This document shows, piece after piece, positions 6,333-10,248 of a stretch of 10,248 nucleotides of DNA. Within the stretch, counting starts at the first letter, position 1; every line of letters starts with the position of its first letter. The stretch is taken from assembly GCA_016840855.1 (NCBI GenBank), contig JAEORO010000228.1, forward strand, positions 1 through 10,248, written 5' to 3'. The position numbers and the translations under genes are program-made. The DNA comes from Candidatus Thorarchaeota archaeon (GTDB lineage Archaea > Asgardarchaeota > Thorarchaeia > Thorarchaeales > Thorarchaeaceae). Below the pieces are notes generated by a model. It did no database searches. It worked only from the letters and a program-made list of their open reading frames with translations, and was not told the origin of the DNA.

Positions 6333-7442
6333 TTAATCTTCCCAATCCATGGCTTCGAAGTCGCGGTATTTCCTCCACTGAGCACCGCCACTTATTGCAA
6401 CCATTATCACTAGGGTAACTAGGAACACTGCAAAGTTCTGGTAGGCATCAAATCCACCAGCAAAGAACCAAAACCAGAGTGCTAATGAGATGACCCAAAT
6501 GAAAGCTAATCCGACAGCCCACCAGTTCTCAGGACCTTCACCTCTTCGCCTTGCCCAAGGCAACCACATTCCAACAGCAATCACTGCAAATATTGCGAAT
6601 GAAACGAGAATCACTGCAACATTCTGATATCCAGATAGTGCCAGAACTGGATCACCTGCAAAGACCCACATCCATATCACTAGGAACAATAGCCATAGGA
6701 GAAATCCAGCCAACGACCCCTTTGCTCGAATTGAACCACCAGGAACGCCTCCGATTTCAATTCTGATTTCTGAACTCCAGGGAGCTACTGTTACACAAAT
6801 CATTGCAAGAAATGCAGCTAGAATAATTGCGAGATTCTTGTAGGGGAAATCTAGAGTAGTGGTAACGGGGCCCAAGATATCATTGGCAAATGGTAGCCAA
6901 AGAACCATAAAGGTCAACCAACCGATGCCGCCTAGTGCACTAATCCTAGCGCCCCAACCATCTCCTGAGGAAGGAACCCATAACATCACATTAACTGCAC
7001 CAATAATTAGCAGAGAAGCAATTCCAATTCCAATATTCTCATAGATACCGAAATCAACAGCGAAGAATACAATCCATACAATGAGAAATACTATCCAAAG
7101 AATACCACTAACAGCACTTGATCGGGCTCTCCACCCTTCCGCACTTGGAATCCATAATAGGGCATTAGCTGCAATTGCAATGAAAAGTGCAATTATGACG
7201 ACTGCAATGTTTTCAAAGAATTGATAATTACCTGCGAAAAAGAAGAGCCAAATAATTAGAAAGGCTATCCATACAATCAAGCTACCAATAGAGCCATATT
7301 CCTGAAGTTTCGTTCTTCTGCGTCTACTTCTGCTTCTGCGTCTACTAGGTTCAAAAGCTTTCTCGATTTCATCTTCCACATCATCAACATCATCAGCGAT
7401 GTCTTCAGGTGGAGGAGTATCATCATCATCAAATGGTTTCAT
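6333..7442 (-). CDS. Polytopic membrane protein built from five 2-TM repeats, with acidic and Arg/Ser-rich N-terminus
   Basis: Five copies of W-x2-(F/S)-x3-W-x1-2-(F/V/P)FA...(Y/F)-x-N-x-(A/G)...W. ATG 7442 (MKPFDDDD) is the likely start, although the ORF extends to GTG 7490. Confidence 0.88.
   Translation of the reverse strand: MKPFDDDDTPPPEDIADDVDDVEDEIEKAFEPSRRRSRSRRRRTKLQEYGSIGSLIVWIAFLIIWLFFFAGNYQFFENIAVVIIALFIAIAANALLWIPSAEGWRARSSAVSGILWIVFLIVWIVFFAVDFGIYENIGIGIASLLIIGAVNVMLWVPSSGDGWGARISALGGIGWLTFMVLWLPFANDILGPVTTTLDFPYKNLAIILAAFLAMICVTVAPWSSEIRIEIGGVPGGSIRAKGSLAGFLLWLLFLVIWMWVFAGDPVLALSGYQNVAVILVSFAIFAVIAVGMWLPWARRRGEGPENWWAVGLAFIWVISLALWFWFFAGGFDAYQNFAVFLVTLVIMVAISGGAQWRKYRDFEAMDWED
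7315..7346. repeat. 14-bp direct repeat, 18-bp period, coding
   Basis: CTTCTGCGTCTACT at 7315-7328 and 7333-7346, encoding SRRRSR/SRRRRT on the minus strand. Confidence 0.8.
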
Positions 7443-7490
7443 TGTTATCAACTCAATATCACTGTAAAAGCCATGTGAGGAAATCACCAC

Positions 7491-7657
7491 ATATGGTCTA
7501 TTACAATATGTCTTTCTAACAAAGACCAGTCAAATCTTGTATATAAAGGAGTGCCACAAGATAGGGTCACAAAATGTGACTACTTTTGACTAGCCTAATC
7601 TATAGAAAGATAACAATAGTTAAATATGAACTTCATACTATATTTGGGGAATAGGAG
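7491..7657. promoter_or_regulatory. Divergent promoter region with central palindrome
   Basis: Minus-strand TTTATATA near 7541-7548, plus-strand TTAAATA at 7620-7626, GTCACA-AAA-TGTGAC at 7566-7580, and AGGAG at 7653-7657. Confidence 0.55.
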
Positions 7658-8131
7658 ATGCACAAGTTGTCTGAAGACGAAAAGATGACTATGAATGAGT
7701 TTCATAAGAAAATGGCTGTAAAGACAAACGGCGGAGTCTGGTCAGTTTTGGATAAAGATGCACCTACAAAGAATGAGCTTGAGCAAGCCTTGGAGATGGC
7801 ACATACCTCATTGTATCATTGGAGGCAGATCGGTAAACCAATTAATATCGCTCGTGGTGAATATATGATCTCTCGCGTGTATAGCCATATGGGGAACGGT
7901 AATGAAGCCTTACACTATGCTGAACGTACACTGAAACTGACTGAAGATGCTGGTGATAAAGCTGCCTTCGATATGGGGTTTGCATATGAAGTCTTAGCCA
8001 AAGCATACGCAGTCAAAGGTGACAAAAAGAACTGCGAGAAGTACAAAGACATGGCTCAGAAAATAATCGACACCTTAGGTGAAGAAGACAAGAAGATTAG
8101 CCAAGGTGAGCTTGACAAGGTACAGTGTTAA
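7658..8131 (+). CDS. Conserved hypothetical all-alpha, TPR-like protein
   Basis: AHTSLYHW...ARGEYMISRVYSHMGNGNEALHYAE...FAYEVLAKAYAVKGD shows TPR-like small/large residue periodicity. SD spacing suggests TTG 7667 may be the true start. Confidence 0.85.
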   Translation: MHKLSEDEKMTMNEFHKKMAVKTNGGVWSVLDKDAPTKNELEQALEMAHTSLYHWRQIGKPINIARGEYMISRVYSHMGNGNEALHYAERTLKLTEDAGDKAAFDMGFAYEVLAKAYAVKGDKKNCEKYKDMAQKIIDTLGEEDKKISQGELDKVQC

Positions 8132-8192
8132 TGTCTCGTTTATTTATTCGTAGACCAAAATCTGCATAAGTTGGATTGTTTGCGATAAACTC

Positions 8193-9098
8193 ATGAGGCT
8201 ACTTCCTTATGTGCAAACTAGTGTTTTTGTTGATCAAAGATTTCCATTTGGTGGCAATCAGTTAGCCACATACTGGGATACCAAAGCAAATGCATCATTG
8301 ACGAAGGAAGATATGCAGGGAATGGCTTTGGAGATGAACTTCTCAGAATCCACATTTCTCACTGAACCCACCACCAAAGGATGTGTTTCAAAGGTCCGTA
8401 TCTTCACTCCAACAGCTGAAATTCCATTCGCTGGACATCCCACATTGGGTACTGCATTTGTTATTCGGCACAAGAGGATTCTCAGTCCGGAAAAACAGAC
8501 TGCACTACTTCAACTCGGCGTTGGACCAATCCGTGTTGATTACCTTGAGGACGATAACGTTCGAATGATCCAACCAGAACCATCCTTTGAAAAACCTGTA
8601 GAAAATAAAGAGAAAATTGCTGAAGCAATCGGACTTGATGCGGATGACATTGAGCCAAAAAGCCCAATGCAAGTTGTATCCACAGGATTTCCGTATCTCA
8701 TTATTCAGGTCAAGGCTCTTGCATCTTTGAAAAAAGCCATGCCAGTCCCCTTCGTATTCCAGAAGAATCTAAGAGGTTTGTCAACGAAACAGGTTTTGAT
8801 ATTCTCTACTGAAACTAAGTTCTCTGATTCACATGTTCAAGCAAGAATGTTTGCACCAGAGGTTGGAGTTGTCGAAGACCCTGCTACAGGTAGCGCAGCA
8901 GGACCACTTGGTGCTTATCTTGAAAAGTACAAGGTCCTGAAAAAACATGAATTGGGAGAACCCATCAACATTGAGCAGGGGTATGAAATCAAGAGACCCA
9001 GTAAACTAGTCGCCAGGGTCCCTCATGAGAGTATGTCAGAGGTGCATGTATCGGGAAAAATAAGATTGGTTGCAGAGGGGACGTTTCATCTACCTTGA
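8193..9098 (+). CDS. PhzF family (DAP-epimerase fold) isomerase
   Basis: GGNQLA, EMNFSESTF (catalytic Glu), VRIFTPTAEIPFAGHPTLG, ARMFAP...EDPATGSAAG and IEQG motifs. Confidence 0.95.
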   Translation: MRLLPYVQTSVFVDQRFPFGGNQLATYWDTKANASLTKEDMQGMALEMNFSESTFLTEPTTKGCVSKVRIFTPTAEIPFAGHPTLGTAFVIRHKRILSPEKQTALLQLGVGPIRVDYLEDDNVRMIQPEPSFEKPVENKEKIAEAIGLDADDIEPKSPMQVVSTGFPYLIIQVKALASLKKAMPVPFVFQKNLRGLSTKQVLIFSTETKFSDSHVQARMFAPEVGVVEDPATGSAAGPLGAYLEKYKVLKKHELGEPINIEQGYEIKRPSKLVARVPHESMSEVHVSGKIRLVAEGTFHLP

Positions 9099-9179
9099 TC
9101 CAAAACAAGCTACTTCATGCATATCAACTAAAAGTCTTTATGAGTAAGATTGCGGCCCGACACTCAGGAGCTATATCTT

Positions 9180-9698
9180 GTGAGCACCCGAATGCAAGTC
9201 TTCAAGACCGTACTCTTGGGCGAGGGTGGAGTGGGCAAGACTAGCTTGGCAATTAGGTACACGGAAAATCGTTTTGACGAAAAAATGAAAATGACTATTG
9301 GAGTCAATTTTGCGACTAAGAGGGTTCATGTTGGGGACTCTCATATTACGTTACTAATTTGGGATCTTGGAGGACAGCCTAGATTCCAAGAGGTCATTTC
9401 GGACTACTTTATTGGCTCAAAGCTTGGAATTGCGGTCTATGATGTAAGTAGAATCTTTACTCTCCATAGGTTGCGAGATTGGATAGGGCGACTGCACAAA
9501 GTAGTACCAGGTTGTAGAATTTTCTTGGTTGGCAATAAAATAGATGAAAGGATTGACGGAATGGGAGTCACAAGCGAAGATGCGCAAGAATTTGCAGCAG
9601 AGTATGATGCTCCAGTGTTTGAGGTTTCTGCAAAAACCAGCGAGGGTGTCTTCGAGATGTTTGATGCAGCTGGAGATTATCTGGCTGAGCGAATCTAG
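9180..9698 (+). CDS. Rab-like small GTPase (Ras superfamily)
   Basis: G1 GEGGVGKTS, G2 MTIG, G3 WDLGGQ, G4 NKID and G5 SAK. AGGAG at 9166-9170 favours GTG 9180 as the start (alternatives ATG 9192, TTG 9150). Confidence 0.95.
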   Translation: MSTRMQVFKTVLLGEGGVGKTSLAIRYTENRFDEKMKMTIGVNFATKRVHVGDSHITLLIWDLGGQPRFQEVISDYFIGSKLGIAVYDVSRIFTLHRLRDWIGRLHKVVPGCRIFLVGNKIDERIDGMGVTSEDAQEFAAEYDAPVFEVSAKTSEGVFEMFDAAGDYLAERI

Positions 9699-9700
9699 AA

Positions 9701-10135
9701 TCAGGTCAGTGATTTCCTGAAAAACACCTCTCCGATTCCTCCTTCATTGATTCCAGATATAATACCTGATTCGACAAAACCAACCGAGCGATGCCAGGCT
9801 TGTGCTTCTGGTTCATTCACTTGTGAGGAACTGTATAGAACATCATAACCTCTACTTCTTAGATAGTCCTCAAGAAAAATAAGTATCTTACTTCCAACAC
9901 CCTCATCTCTATAATCGTCTACTACGAAGATGACTCCAATATAAGGAATGTTCGACCACAAATACTCGATACGAAGATATCCGATTGGCTGACCGTCCAA
10001 CTCTGCAATAATGATTTCATCATTGATAATCTTGTGTCGAATCACTTGCTCAGTGACTTGAACGTCCTCAACTACACACCATTCGAGAACTTCAGGTCCC
10101 GCGAAGCGAACGATAACACGCTCAATTACACTCAT
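9701..10135 (-). CDS. GNAT family N-acetyltransferase
   Basis: IIAELDGQPIGYL, motif A (IFVVDDYRDEGVGSKIL) and motif B (NEPEAQAWHRSVGF). Confidence 0.92.
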   Translation of the reverse strand: MSVIERVIVRFAGPEVLEWCVVEDVQVTEQVIRHKIINDEIIIAELDGQPIGYLRIEYLWSNIPYIGVIFVVDDYRDEGVGSKILIFLEDYLRSRGYDVLYSSSQVNEPEAQAWHRSVGFVESGIISGINEGGIGEVFFRKSLT

Positions 10136-10168
10136 TTGCTCTCAGTCCCGAGGCCACATCTTTGGGCA

Positions 10169-10186
10169 AAGCTACTGAAGTAGCTT
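10169..10186. promoter_or_regulatory. Near-perfect palindrome between upstream gene and GNAT gene (operator or hairpin)
   Basis: AAGCTACT-GA-AGTAGCTT. Confidence 0.45.
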
Positions 10187-10197
10187 CCGAATTTATG

Positions 10198-10248
10198 CTA
10201 TAGGTCGATTTCCCTTCTAGCAGTTGAATATTCCGCTTCCAACTTCTC
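10198..10248 (-). CDS. C-terminal fragment of a gene running off the window edge
   Basis: Minus-strand frame reads ...EKLEAEYSTARREIDL* with TAG at 10200-10198. It is helical-looking and co-oriented with the GNAT gene. Confidence 0.5.
   Translation of the reverse strand, partial: EKLEAEYSTARREIDL

Noticed and set aside
4507-8667. Short ORFs 4507-4731, 5601-5852, 5979-6224, 6551-6766, 6859-7044, 8258-8473, 8383-8568 and 8482-8667
   Set aside because: All are nested in or antisense to well-supported genes and lack independent motifs.
8193-9098. Phenazine biosynthesis cluster
   Set aside because: Only a PhzF-family gene is present, with no phzA/B, D, E or G homologs nearby.
1-10248. Genome-wide amber recoding or pyrrolysine use
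   Set aside because: The SDR (VDGGWLAY*) and Rab genes end with TAG at their expected family C-termini, and Rab readthrough would run antisense into the GNAT gene. No pyl genes or suppressor tRNA are visible.
1-10248. CRISPR array, tRNA/rRNA, IS element, selenoprotein
   Set aside because: I saw no regularly spaced repeats, cloverleaf, transposase or integrase ORF, or in-frame TGA within a redox motif. This was checked by eye only, so tRNAscan-SE and Infernal would be needed to exclude small RNAs.

Overview
Archaeal window, most consistent with an Asgard archaeon (Thorarchaeia-like). That assignment is inferred from a Rab-like small GTPase, a PCI/winged-helix membrane protein, GGAGG/GGTGA ribosome-binding sites, TATA-like boxes and many TTG/GTG starts. 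The left ~3 kb looks accessory: a divergent membrane-protein/secreted-protein pair, a tightly packed run of small ORFs (two HTH-like proteins, a cryptic coiled-coil gene broken by three TAG codons and a frameshift, a 2-TM protein), small minus-strand genes including a zinc-ribbon protein, and several palindromes. The rest looks like ordinary host genome: a PadR-like wHTH fused to a degenerate class I methyltransferase fold, a PCI-like wHTH with 2 TMs, a TSUP (TauE/SafE) transporter, a classical SDR, a five-repeat ~10-TM membrane protein, a TPR-like protein, a PhzF-family isomerase, the Rab-like GTPase and a GNAT acetyltransferase. I found no rRNA, tRNA, CRISPR array, integrase or transposase. 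All family calls come from motif recognition by eye, not database searches, and no complete novel system can be demonstrated from this window alone.
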